Shown in pieces: positions 54,879 to 64,000 of a stretch of DNA of 64,000 nt; position 1 is the stretch's first letter, and every line of letters starts with the position of its first letter. This stretch comes from Parcubacteria bacterium C7867-008. GTDB lineage: Bacteria > Patescibacteriota > Minisyncoccia > Phycocordibacterales > Phycocordibacteraceae. A program made the position numbers and the translations under genes. The notes beneath the pieces are model-generated. The model was not told the DNA's origin. It worked only from the letters and a program-made list of their open reading frames with translations, and ran no database searches. The stretch is from the NCBI GenBank assembly GCA_001189215.1, contig LFCR01000004.1, forward strand, positions 249,635-313,634. Reading direction: 5' to 3'.

Positions 54879-55907
54879 TTATGCAGCGAGTGCTTCCGAT
54901 ACCTTCTTAAGACGGGCGATAAATGCCTCTCGTGCTGCCGGAATGTTCTCATCCTTCCCTGCCCATACAGCAATGGCCTCTTCTTGGAGTGCACGAGCAA
55001 AAGAGAATGTAAGGGGCCATGGCGCTGTACGTTCTTTAGCAAGCTTAGAAATAGCTGCGAGATTAGCGGTAGCTTGGTCTGGGCTCTGTCCACCTGAGAG
55101 AAATACAATACCCGGTACAAGTGCTGGCACGGTGTCCATAAGTACACTGAGAGTGTCTTCCGCAACTTCTTCAGGTGAATCAATCTTGCCGGTATCTTTT
55201 CCTGAAACAACCATTGAGGTCTTAAGAATGACTGCAGTCATATCTACCGCATGATCTTCAAGTACCTGCATTAAAGTACCGAGTGTTTCAGTCAGTACTT
55301 CCTTTGCACGCATGCGGCTGTGCGTACCATCAAGTAACATTTCTGGCTCAACCATTGGAACCATTCCTGCTTTCTGCACCTCAAGTGCATACTGTGCCAG
55401 ACGTTTTGCATTCTCATGAATCGCCTGAGCGGTTGGAAGACGGGTACCTTCTATCTTTACCACTGCGCGCCACTTCGTGAAGCCAGTATGGTACGTTTTC
55501 ACGTAGTCTGTGAGGCGCTCAGGTAGACCAATAAGACCTTTTGTAATAGTTTCGTCTTTGCTTTCAGGGAATGGCTCGAGTCCTTGATCCACCTTTATAC
55601 CGGGGACGATACCCTTTTGTATAAGTAGCTCAGTAAATGGAATACCTTCGGTAGATTTCTGATGCAATGTTTCTTCGTACAGGATTACACCGGTGAGATA
55701 CTCTTCAATACCTGGCGTTGCTAGAAGTAGGTCACGGAAGACACGGCGATTCTCTTCTCCAAGTTCTATCCCGAATGGCTTTAAGCGCTTTTCGTTGGCA
55801 CTCTCGTTACTTTCATCTGCTGCCAGGATTCCTTTACCCGACGCAACGAGTGAACGAGCGATATCATTAAGATCATGCATGTGCTTAGTATAGCGTACCG
55901 TACTCAT
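54879..55907 (-). CDS. fba: Fructose-bisphosphate aldolase, class I
   Basis: GKGILAADESNESANEKRL and Schiff-base lysine region are typical of class I FBP aldolase. Confidence 0.85.
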   Translation of the reverse strand: MSTVRYTKHMHDLNDIARSLVASGKGILAADESNESANEKRLKPFGIELGEENRRVFRDLLLATPGIEEYLTGVILYEETLHQKSTEGIPFTELLIQKGIVPGIKVDQGLEPFPESKDETITKGLIGLPERLTDYVKTYHTGFTKWRAVVKIEGTRLPTAQAIHENAKRLAQYALEVQKAGMVPMVEPEMLLDGTHSRMRAKEVLTETLGTLMQVLEDHAVDMTAVILKTSMVVSGKDTGKIDSPEEVAEDTLSVLMDTVPALVPGIVFLSGGQSPDQATANLAAISKLAKERTAPWPLTFSFARALQEEAIAVWAGKDENIPAAREAFIARLKKVSEALAA

Positions 55908-55951
55908 GAGACATGGGGATTCAGTGGTGAGACGTGCGTTATACTTGCAGC

Positions 55952-56947
55952 ATGACTCAAATAGACTTCCTCGCTATTGGCGATATCGTGTGTGAACCAT
56001 TCATTCGTCTGAAAGAGGCAGAAGTGCATTGCGAGAAAGGCGCCAACAAATGTGGAATCTGCATGAGTTGGGGTGACAAAATACCCTACGATTATGCCGT
56101 ATATATGCCGGCAGTTGGAAATTCAGCAAACGCTGCGGTATCCGCGGCAAGACTTGGTCTAAATGCAGGACTTCGAGCATATGTAGGAAATGATCGTTAT
56201 GGCGAAGAGTGCATGGAACGCCTCACTGAGGAGAAAGTAGATACCACCTATATGGTGACAGAGACGGGTAAGAATACTAACTACCACTATGTGCTTTGGT
56301 ACCAAAGTGAACGAACTATATTAGTGAAGCATGAGAATTTCTCATACACTGTTCCGAAACTAAGGAATATTCCAAAATGGATCTATCTTTCCTCTCTTGC
56401 AGACCACACGCTTCCCTATCATATGGAGCTCTCCAAACTCCTTGACGAACATCCAGAAATTAAACTAGCGTTTCAGCCTGGTACATTTCAAATGTCTCTT
56501 GGAGTAGAGGCACTCAAGAGCCTCTATGAACGTTGTGAATTTTTTGTGTGTAACAAAGAAGAAGCAGGGCGCATTCTTGGTACAGATAATCTAGAAGATC
56601 CCCGTGGACTGCTTGTTGGTATTAGTAAGCTTGGTCCAAAAATTGTCGTGGTAACTGATGGCACAAAGGGTGCTTATGCATTTGATGGTTCTCGCTTCAT
56701 GTATGTGCCGATGTATCCAGACACTCGTGGACCTTTCGAGCGTACCGGCGCTGGAGACGCGTTTGCCTCAACAGTGGTGGCTGCACTTTCTCTTGGAGAG
56801 CCACTTGAGAAAGCTCTTTTGTGGGGACCAATCAACTCAATGAGTGTGGTGCAACAAGTGGGTGCTCAAGCTGGTCTTCTAACACGAGAGGAGCTTCTCG
56901 ACTTCCTTAACAAAGCACCGAGTTCGTACGTTGTTCGCGATCTCTAA
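55952..56947 (+). CDS. PfkB-family carbohydrate kinase (ORF opens at 55934)
   Basis: C-terminal PfkB signature ERTGAGDAFASTVVAAL. Ribokinase-like fold. Substrate not assignable. Confidence 0.75.
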   Translation: MTQIDFLAIGDIVCEPFIRLKEAEVHCEKGANKCGICMSWGDKIPYDYAVYMPAVGNSANAAVSAARLGLNAGLRAYVGNDRYGEECMERLTEEKVDTTYMVTETGKNTNYHYVLWYQSERTILVKHENFSYTVPKLRNIPKWIYLSSLADHTLPYHMELSKLLDEHPEIKLAFQPGTFQMSLGVEALKSLYERCEFFVCNKEEAGRILGTDNLEDPRGLLVGISKLGPKIVVVTDGTKGAYAFDGSRFMYVPMYPDTRGPFERTGAGDAFASTVVAALSLGEPLEKALLWGPINSMSVVQQVGAQAGLLTREELLDFLNKAPSSYVVRDL

Positions 56948-56955
56948 TATAGACA

Positions 56956-56998
56956 GAAGGAAAACACTCGGAATCCTTGGGCTCCGAGTGTTCCTTTT
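56956..56998 (+). terminator. Rho-independent terminator
   Basis: aacactcggaatccttgggctccgagtgttcctttttt. Confidence 0.8.
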
Positions 56999-57002
56999 TT
57001 GT

Positions 57003-57140
57003 ACACTACTGCTCGTCAATACTCGCAACAAGATATTCTGCAGGGATTGAGTTAAGTGTGTGAATGATTGCATATGCACCCGAACACGCAGCAATAAACA
57101 CGAAGAGTATTCCAAATACTGTATCTACGCGACGAATTTT
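57003..57140 (-). CDS. Possible small membrane peptide (45 aa)
   Basis: MKIRRVDTVFGILFVFIAACSGAYAIIHTLNSIPAEYLVASIDEQ. Speculative. Confidence 0.2.
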
Positions 57141-57153
57141 CATAATATCTATT

Positions 57154-58137
57154 TTACTTGCTTACCTTTCGTGCAACTTCAGCAATGTGCGCAGCGGAAA
57201 GTCCGTAATGTTCAAGTAGTTCTTCAGGGGTACCGGACTGACCGAAGGAATCATGTATACCTAAGCGATTTATTGGTACAGGGTAATGTTCTGAAAGGCA
57301 TTCAGCAACTGCGCTTCCGAACCCTCCTGCAATCTGATGCTCTTCAATAGTTATCACCCGCCCTGTTCTTTTTGCAGCAGCCACTACCGCTTCTGTATCA
57401 AGTGGTTTGATAGTTGGTACATGCAGAACAAGTGATTCAATACCATCCGCGGCGAGTGCACGAGCTGCCTGAAGTGCTTGGTATGTAAGGGCACCGGTTG
57501 AGAGTAATGCAACCTTCGGCTTCTCTCCTTCCCATACAGGGAGTGCTTTGCCAATAGCGAACGGTGTTTCTGTGGTGGTGAATACTGGTACAGGAGCACG
57601 ACCGAATCGTATATATATAGGTATACCTGCTTTTGCAGCAGCAACTACTGCTTTACGGGCTTCCTCTGCGTCACCTGGATTGATAACGGTCATGTGCGGG
57701 AGCATGCGCATGAGACCTATGTCTTCAAGCATCTGATGCGTGGCACCGTCTGGACCAACCGATACACCTGCATGCATACCGCAGATTATTACAGGCTGCT
57801 CATTAAGGGCGATTGTAGTGCGAATCTGTTCGTAGTTACGACCAGGATTAAACGCTGCATAAGATGCGATAAATGGAACTTTTCCAGCAGCTGCAAATCC
57901 GCTACCAAGGCCCGCCATATTCTGTTCACCAATACCAACTTCAATAAAACGATCTGGGAATTCTTTCTCAAACCATTCTGCGCGAGTACTTTCCTTTAGA
58001 TCAGCGCAAAGTACCACTACATTCTCATCCGCATGCCCTGCCTCAATTGTGCCTGTGCCGAATCCATCACGCGTTGGTTTCTGCGCAATATCTTTTGCAA
58101 ATACTTCTTCAACAAGATGAATCTTTGGGTTAATCAT
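57154..58137 (-). CDS. tkt: Transketolase C-terminal section (split tkt, pyrimidine-binding and C-terminal domains)
   Basis: 327 aa, GFG...IGEQNMAGL...PDGATHQ motifs. Follows the N-terminal section with a 2-bp gap. Confidence 0.88.
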   Translation of the reverse strand: MINPKIHLVEEVFAKDIAQKPTRDGFGTGTIEAGHADENVVVLCADLKESTRAEWFEKEFPDRFIEVGIGEQNMAGLGSGFAAAGKVPFIASYAAFNPGRNYEQIRTTIALNEQPVIICGMHAGVSVGPDGATHQMLEDIGLMRMLPHMTVINPGDAEEARKAVVAAAKAGIPIYIRFGRAPVPVFTTTETPFAIGKALPVWEGEKPKVALLSTGALTYQALQAARALAADGIESLVLHVPTIKPLDTEAVVAAAKRTGRVITIEEHQIAGGFGSAVAECLSEHYPVPINRLGIHDSFGQSGTPEELLEHYGLSAAHIAEVARKVSK

Positions 58138-58139
58138 AT

Positions 58140-58997
58140 TTATGAATATTCATGTGGAAGCTTCCCCTTCATAGAACGCAACTCTTTTAGGAAGATTTTT
58201 CCTTCTTCTTTCGAAGGTGGTTTGCCGTGCCAGTGATAGTCATACTCAATATCAGGCACCCCTTTACCAGCAATGGTGTGCGCAATGATTACCGTGGGTT
58301 TCTCAACAATCGCTTTTGCTTGATCCACTGCTTCAATGAATTGACGAATGTTGTGTCCATCTACTTCTAGTACGTGCCATCCAAATGCTTCCCATTTAGC
58401 CCGAAGTGATTCTAGTGGCATTACATCTTCTGTAAGCCCATCAATTTGAATATTGTTACGGTCTATTACTGCGGTGATATTTGAAAGTTTGTACTTAGAG
58501 ACCCACATCGCTGCTTCCCATACATTTCCTTCGTTTAATTCCCCATCTCCCATCAATACATATAAATGGTTCTTCTTACCATCCATACGTAGTGCATATG
58601 CCATACCTCCTGCTTGTGAGAGCCCTTCACCAAGAGGTCCAGATGTATTCTCCATTCCTGGGAGCTTTAAGCGTTCTGGGTGTCCTTGTAGGCGAGAACC
58701 AAACTTACGCAGAGTAAGACACTCCTTAACCGGGAAATAGCCAACATGTGCCATCGTTGCGTAACGAACCGGCACAATGTGTCCGTTAGAAAGTATGAGA
58801 CGATCGCGTTCCTCCCATTCAGGATTCTTTGGATCGTGCTTAAGAATATGAAAATAGAATGCAGTAAAGATATCAGTCATATCGAGCGGGCCCGCAGTAT
58901 GACCTGATCCTGCTTCAACCAGCATCTCGATAATGGTCTCGCGAATCTCCTCCGCGTCCTTCTCAAGCACTTTTACTTGTTCATCTGTAATTGCCAT
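58140..58997 (-). CDS. tkt: Transketolase N-terminal section (TPP-binding domain)
   Basis: 285 aa, GSGHTAGPLDMTDIF...LSNGH...GDGELNEGNVWEA. Confidence 0.88.
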   Translation of the reverse strand: MAITDEQVKVLEKDAEEIRETIIEMLVEAGSGHTAGPLDMTDIFTAFYFHILKHDPKNPEWEERDRLILSNGHIVPVRYATMAHVGYFPVKECLTLRKFGSRLQGHPERLKLPGMENTSGPLGEGLSQAGGMAYALRMDGKKNHLYVLMGDGELNEGNVWEAAMWVSKYKLSNITAVIDRNNIQIDGLTEDVMPLESLRAKWEAFGWHVLEVDGHNIRQFIEAVDQAKAIVEKPTVIIAHTIAGKGVPDIEYDYHWHGKPPSKEEGKIFLKELRSMKGKLPHEYS

Positions 58998-59320
58998 TAG
59001 TGTGATTGTAAATTTCGTATCTGTGCTTTTATGGGAGAAAGTTCAGATCGATCTGCCTTATGTTCCATAATAGCGTCAATTTGGTTCTGGAGTTTTGAGT
59101 CAAGTCTCTCAAAGCGTTGGTCTACTGCCTGAAAACCTTCCGCTGTTGAGCGCGCAAGACTTTCAATTGAATCCTCGACGGTGTCGAATCGACTATCAAT
59201 TTTTTTGAATCGATTGTCGATTTTAGTGAACTGATTATCAATTGTGCCTAATCGACCATTAATTTTATTGAACTCAGCATGTATCTTCGAAAATTCAACC
59301 TTGAGTTCAGGGTCCAACAT
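58997..59320 (-). CDS. Hypothetical coiled-coil protein with internal repeats (107 aa)
   Basis: Repeats IDNQFTKIDNRFKKIDSRFDTVEDSI. Confidence 0.4.
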   Translation of the reverse strand: MLDPELKVEFSKIHAEFNKINGRLGTIDNQFTKIDNRFKKIDSRFDTVEDSIESLARSTAEGFQAVDQRFERLDSKLQNQIDAIMEHKADRSELSPIKAQIRNLQSH

Positions 59321-59391
59321 TCTGTAATTATATCACTGCAAAGTAGCGAGTCGAATCCCCTCTTCAGGAAGATTTTATATTTACTTCATTC

Positions 59392-60108
59392 TTACGCATA
59401 TAGCCCGTACGTATGCACCAATCCCTGTAAGCGTTTGAGCTCCGCTGCTAGATCTGGCGCTTTCCAGAGATCTGAGCCAACTACCAAACGACTAACACCT
59501 GCCTGAAGAAGCTGTGGTGCTGTCTCCAGTGACACTCCCCCATCTACTTGCAGTTGCATGTCCGGATACTTCTTACGAAACGCCGATATCTTTGGTAGGA
59601 CTGATTTATCAAAAGGCTCACCTTGCTTCCCAATCTTTGCGATTCCCATGAATTGCACGAAATCGCACTGATGCAGAAATGGCTCAATAAGAGCTGTGTC
59701 GGTACTAATATTTATTGCTAACCCAAAAGCTAGAAGTCCTGGCGTGAAATCCTTATCATGACCATAAGTGCTAGCGAGCTCATTCATTAGCTTTGGGAGC
59801 ATGCGTGTCGTTTCCGCATGTATAACAATGCGGGTTGCACCCGCTTCTATCCAATGACGAATAACCTGTTCAGGTTCTTCAACCATGAGATCAACCTCGT
59901 ATGAAATCTCACCTAGATATGGAAACGTATCTCCACTTGGCTCACGTACACCCACTACCTGATCTTGGTACGGCCACGTCGCAGGAACGACAAAACGCCC
60001 ATCGACGATGTCGACCTGTACCGCATCGACTAGACCGTGAAGCCGAAGGAGCTTCTCATCAAGATCGTCGCGTGATTTAGGAAGTATGGCGGGTACAATA
60101 ACGCCCAT
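59392..60108 (-). CDS. rpe: Ribulose-phosphate 3-epimerase-like TIM-barrel protein
   Basis: VQVDIVDGRFV...IHAETT...QVDGGVSLETAPQLLQAGVSRLVVGSDLW matches the Rpe pattern. Confidence 0.65.
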   Translation of the reverse strand: MGVIVPAILPKSRDDLDEKLLRLHGLVDAVQVDIVDGRFVVPATWPYQDQVVGVREPSGDTFPYLGEISYEVDLMVEEPEQVIRHWIEAGATRIVIHAETTRMLPKLMNELASTYGHDKDFTPGLLAFGLAINISTDTALIEPFLHQCDFVQFMGIAKIGKQGEPFDKSVLPKISAFRKKYPDMQLQVDGGVSLETAPQLLQAGVSRLVVGSDLWKAPDLAAELKRLQGLVHTYGLYA

Positions 60109-60123
60109 ACCGGTAAGTATACT

Positions 60124-60606
60124 CTAGAACTTAGCGATCCTACGTGCATGACGTGGGTCTTCTGAGAATTCCGTGGAAAGAAATATACTGACCGCCTCTT
60201 CTGCGTCTACAGGAGATATAAAGCGTGAACCAATAGAAAGTACGTTGGCATTATTGTGTTTACGTGGAAGACGTACCGCATCAAATCCATCCTCTGAATG
60301 GGCGCCTTCACTATCGAGTGCAACGGTCACCGGCATTTTCCCATAGAAGACTGCTGCACGTACTCCTGGTGTGCGATTCGCACACATAGCCTCCCCTTGG
60401 CCGCTTCCTGCACATATAACACCGAATGAGTCAGGATTCTCTGCAACAGCTTTAGCAAGTGGAATTACATATTCAGGGTAATCGTCTTCTGGATCAAGGT
60501 CATAGGGACCCATGTCCTCCACCTCATGGCCATGAAGAGTAAGTTGTTCAATGAGCGCACCCTTAAGACGGAATCCAGCGTGGTCTGCAGCGAGAAATAT
60601 TTTCAT
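60124..60606 (-). CDS. rpiB: Ribose-5-phosphate isomerase B
   Basis: MKIFLAADHAGFRLK...VICAGSGQGEAMCANR, RpiB/LacAB family. Confidence 0.88.
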   Translation of the reverse strand: MKIFLAADHAGFRLKGALIEQLTLHGHEVEDMGPYDLDPEDDYPEYVIPLAKAVAENPDSFGVICAGSGQGEAMCANRTPGVRAAVFYGKMPVTVALDSEGAHSEDGFDAVRLPRKHNNANVLSIGSRFISPVDAEEAVSIFLSTEFSEDPRHARRIAKF

Positions 60607-60659
60607 ACAGTAAAGATGCGATTCAGTCGATTAAAGAAGTATGAAGTACTAATCCATTA

Positions 60660-60800
60660 TCAATATGCCAAGCATAATTTGGACCTTGGTTACAGTATCA
60701 ATTTTTATTATTCCAGACTTCACACGTTGTGACCAAATAGGGACAAAAGATAACCATCCAATGACGCAAACTATGGTTACTATGACGAGAATAATTTTCA
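60660..60800 (-). CDS. Possible small membrane peptide (50 aa)
   Basis: MKIILVIVTIVCVIGWLSFVPIWSQRVKSGIIKIDTVTKVQIMLGILIMD (coordinates approximate). Speculative. Confidence 0.15.
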
Positions 60801-60955
60801 TCGTCCTGTGTGCGATCATGCTTGGCCTGCTTTGATAGCATGTTCAACAAGCGTGTGGGTATACCCCATCTCATGGTTGTACCAGGTCAGCAAGCCGCTC
60901 ATACCGGAGCGCGAACTCGACCTTTTTGTTGTTGTCATTGCTGACGTCATGTCAG

Positions 60956-61050
60956 TAATCATATCACTTCTCGGGAGAAAAAACTCCGCTCGCTCACCTG
61001 CTGAAATTCCAAAGAAGGACTTTAGAAGCTCGGCAGGCGAGCGAAGTGAT
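60956..61050. repeat. Long imperfect inverted repeat / hairpin element adjacent to the integrase module
   Basis: atcacttc...gctcgctcacctgctg...cggcaggcgagcgaagtgat: outer 8-bp and inner ~11-bp complementary arms. Confidence 0.4.
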
Positions 61051-61124
61051 TTATTTGTCTGTCAAGGTTTCTTCCCCTATGGTACTCAAACTCCTGACAC
61101 ATAGCAAGCGGAAAAATCCCCTTT

Positions 61125-61343
61125 TTAACAAGGTATTAGGCGAGGATATTTGCTTCTGACAACCCCTGAAGACTGCGCTCTTTTGTCCCCCGCTCTGGCC
61201 TTTTCTCTCATATAGATTTCGTGGACTGTGGACCGGGTAATGCAGTATTTCCTCGCTAGGTTGGCGAAGGAGTGCTCGATCGGATCGAGGTCATGGAGCA
61301 TTACAAGCTCGTTATTTCTAACCTGGTTCGGTCTATTTGCCAT
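61125..61343 (-). CDS. Small HTH DNA-binding protein (excisionase/regulator-like, 72 aa)
   Basis: FANLARKYCITRSTVHEIYMREK helix-turn-helix-like; immediately downstream of the integrase on the same strand. Confidence 0.45.
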   Translation of the reverse strand: MANRPNQVRNNELVMLHDLDPIEHSFANLARKYCITRSTVHEIYMREKARAGDKRAQSSGVVRSKYPRLIPC

Positions 61344-61387
61344 AAGTTTCGCTATCGTACTTTCTCTCCCGTAACTACAGGTGGGAA

Positions 61388-62524
61388 TTACATTTTTGCG
61401 TATCTGCCGCCGCCTTGAGTTCGATGTTCGGTGGTTCGTTTTGGCATGTTCGTATAGTCCGGGTGCGCCGGGATGTTGCCGTGCTGCATGAATTCGATAA
61501 ACGATTCGACGATCTCTTTCGCGTCGCCGAGATTCTCGACGTGCGTCAGGCTTTTCAAATTCTTATTCAGCCTAGCCTTATCTTGTTTAGGATTCTTGTA
61601 AGTATTTTGGAAAAGCTGCCAGCGTTCCTTGAGATCGTTACCCCACATCATCGTGTAAAATTGAGAGCTCTCCAGGTTCGAGTGACCGAGGATGTTAGTA
61701 ACGTCTGCGCTCGCACCTCCCTCCTTGATGATCTTGCGACCACCGTAATGCCGAGCCGAGTGTGCGTTGAAGATTGTTGGTAGCTCCGCGCGATTCGATA
61801 GCATTCTGAATACCTCGCAGACCCCGCGGCCGGTCATGCGCTTTCCGCGCACATCGAATGCGCCGCACTTGCGGATCGATGTAAAGACGGCACCTGAGTC
61901 CTCGAAGACCATCTTATCCTGAATCTCCTCCTTCTTCTTAAGCCATGCCTTCAGGTACTTGCCGGTCTGGGCAGTCCAGAAGATTTCACGGATCGGGCGG
62001 CGTCCTCTCGACTTCTCGGTCTTTATGATCGCGGACCCTGAGAGGTCCTTATTGAACTCGAGGTCGTCGACGTTGAGCGAAACGACTTCGCCGCTGCGGG
62101 CCCAGCTGTCCCATACCACATGGATCAGCGCCAGGTTCCGGATATTGTTCGGGTTGTTGTCGCGCGGAATCGCCTTTACCAACTTCTTGAAGTCAGGCTC
62201 ATTCGCAACGCGGGGAATGTTGAATTCTTTCCGAGGAAGTGGAATCAACGATTCGTTCAGGCAGTTGTGCCCACGAAGATTGTAAAACTCGAAGAATTTA
62301 CGCAGCGCAAGCGCCACGATATTTATACCGTTACGCTTCCAGCCGAGCCGCTCGAGCTCGCTGAGGTAGTGGAGAATGTGGCCTATCTGAATCTGCTCGA
62401 TTTCCGGATCGCCCATCGTAAGGCAGAAAATCCGAAGCACGGCATCATACCGGACCACCGTTTGGCCGGTAACCTTGAAGCCTCTCCAGTTCTTGAATTC
62501 TTCTATAGCTTTGCTTAGTTTCAT
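61388..62524 (-). mobile_element. Tyrosine recombinase / phage-type integrase gene (378 aa)
   Basis: N-terminal SAM-like core-binding domain; C-terminal catalytic domain with conserved Arg...HSARHYGG...LGHSNLESSQFY (R-H-R-Y type). Confidence 0.8.
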
Positions 62525-62939
62525 TTTGCATGCGCAAACGAAAAGTCCACTTGATGCTAGTCAAAGTGGACCTTTCGTTGCCTGCATTTAGAAACTAAAT
62601 GTGGGCCGATCCCAAGCTTGGGATGCAACCCTATTCGGGTTGCCCCAGCATTCTACCCTACCCCTTTGAAGGATATCAAGAATGATTTTTGGGCTGGTCC
62701 ATTGCTAGCATCAGGTCGTTGCCGACCCGATCCCTTTCGGGACAATGGTTCTTATTCGTAATGTGCCACTATAACCTAGTATAGTGGCTAGCCATTGTCA
62801 ACGAGGATTTTCTATCCTCTAATAAAATCAAAGCAGGACATCAAAAAAGTCAATAAATGTAAGGGTTTTTTGAGGTATATGAAAAAGTCGCACCGCTTTT
62901 GAGGGCGATGCGACTTGAGACTTCATGAAGCCGAGGCTT

Positions 62940-63953
62940 TTATTTCAGCCTATTTCGTACCTTTTCCAGGAAATCGACGATCTCCATGGTGAGGGCCGGT
63001 AAATCGGCGTGAGCGCCTATCTCGATCGGGATTGGGACCCTGGGATTTCGACCTAGGAGCTCCCCTATCGTGATCCTGCGCCCATCATGTCCTTCGAGGC
63101 GGCCGAAGAGTTCGACGCTCGTGTCCAGGCAGAACCTGGAAAGCTCTCGAGCCCCTTCAGGCGGCAGGCTTGCCCACGCTTCCATCAAGCCGAACGGCTC
63201 GATGTACGGATAAGAGCAGCTGAACCCGTCGGCCGTCTGGACCGGCATGAGGCCCCGCGGCGTTTGTTCGCCGAGGACCCGTCCGCAGTTTGGTATGAAC
63301 GGAATAAGATCGTGGTCGGGAATCCAGTCGATTAGGTTTTCGATCGGATTCACTATGACGAGCTCGCCCACGTATTCTTCCGTGAGGACCGCTTTTGCCC
63401 GGGTGCAGCAGAAGCCGATGAGGGCTGCTGTGACCTTGAGCCCGCGCCGCTTTAGCTCCGTGAGCACGCAGCGAAGCGTACCTCCGCTGAATGCTCCGTC
63501 CTCGATGAGGAGGACCGAACGTCCTGCGATCCGCGCGACAAGTTCATCGAGCTGCTTGTCTATCGGCTCGAATCCCGGACGAGCGCCGTGGCCTATCAGT
63601 TCCCCTTCCGTATTGAACAGTCGGTTGATGTTAAGCAGCAGACCCTCGCTCTTGGGATTCGCATCGGTGATTTCCTGACATGTGCTCAGGACGACCTGGC
63701 GAGTTGAATCTGTCAGGCGGCTTTCCACCTGGTCCCAGATTTTGAGCCGCAGCTCGCTCATGTCGATGGCGTCGATGGTGACGCCGGGCAGGGTTTGCTG
63801 CATCCTTTCGAGAAGATGCTGGCGGAAGCGCTCGAAGATTGGATCGTGCTGGTTGAAAGCTAATCCGCTCGTGCGAAGCGCGTTGAATCGGCTAGCGACG
63901 TCATAGGTAACCACGTAGGTCCCATGACGAGCCGCCTGTGCGACGATGCTCAT
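62940..63953 (-). CDS. Phosphoribosyltransferase (PRTase)-domain protein with extra N- and C-terminal regions, in GC-richer DNA
   Basis: PRPP-binding-type motif SVLLIEDGAFSGGTL in the middle of a 337-aa protein; codon usage visibly GC-richer than the core genome. Confidence 0.5.
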   Translation of the reverse strand: MSIVAQAARHGTYVVTYDVASRFNALRTSGLAFNQHDPIFERFRQHLLERMQQTLPGVTIDAIDMSELRLKIWDQVESRLTDSTRQVVLSTCQEITDANPKSEGLLLNINRLFNTEGELIGHGARPGFEPIDKQLDELVARIAGRSVLLIEDGAFSGGTLRCVLTELKRRGLKVTAALIGFCCTRAKAVLTEEYVGELVIVNPIENLIDWIPDHDLIPFIPNCGRVLGEQTPRGLMPVQTADGFSCSYPYIEPFGLMEAWASLPPEGARELSRFCLDTSVELFGRLEGHDGRRITIGELLGRNPRVPIPIEIGAHADLPALTMEIVDFLEKVRNRLK

Positions 63954-64000
63954 GGTGACCTCCTTGGTTTTGGTTGAAGTTAAGGAACAAAAAAAGACGC

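Noticed and set aside
1-64000. Alternative genetic code (UGA recoding, as in some CPR lineages)
   Set aside because: Long housekeeping ORFs (rpoB, rpoC, dnaE) are intact and end sensibly under the standard code with terminators directly after the stops. There is no sign of in-frame UGA read-through. Only RF1 is visible in this window, and RF2 could lie elsewhere.
1-64000. CRISPR arrays or cas genes
   Set aside because: No regularly spaced short direct repeats were seen. The only exact repeats are the 49-bp promoter pair and the protein-coding tandem repeats.

Overview
This 64 kb window reads as a contiguous stretch of a compact, mid-GC bacterial chromosome. Gene content and architecture suggest a reduced-genome Gram-positive-like lineage, and a CPR / Saccharibacteria-like organism would fit (inference only). 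Almost everything is on the minus strand. The housekeeping backbone, in window order, is: a dnaG-rpoD pair; rpoB-rpoC; rpsP-KH-trmD; RNase R; a hinge-less SMC-like ATPase; rnc; a NusB-NUDIX fusion; rpmF; rnhB; dnaE; thrS; gyrB; pheS-pheT; tsf-rpsB; prfA-rpmE; rplY; class I FBP aldolase; a PfkB kinase; and split transketolase with rpe and rpiB. One tRNA-Thr(UGU) is clear. Several truncated or minimal versions of conserved proteins and low-complexity tails on housekeeping proteins are visible. Interspersed accessory content includes several surface-protein genes (Cys-rich, Pro-rich and CARDB proteins plus a sortase) and an orphan processive GT2 glycosyltransferase. The most striking structure is a three-fold tandem repeat of a translationally coupled gene pair, each a membrane-anchored PD40 beta-propeller protein plus a secreted Cys-rich PACP-repeat protein. 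Two tandem, strongly GC-rich small genes, each behind an identical 49-bp promoter-like repeat, sit where rpsU would be upstream of dnaG. A higher-GC secreted-protein gene and a higher-GC integrase/HTH/PRTase element at the window end look horizontally acquired. No CRISPR array and no rRNA were seen. All calls are from reading the sequence and ORF translations; no searches were run.
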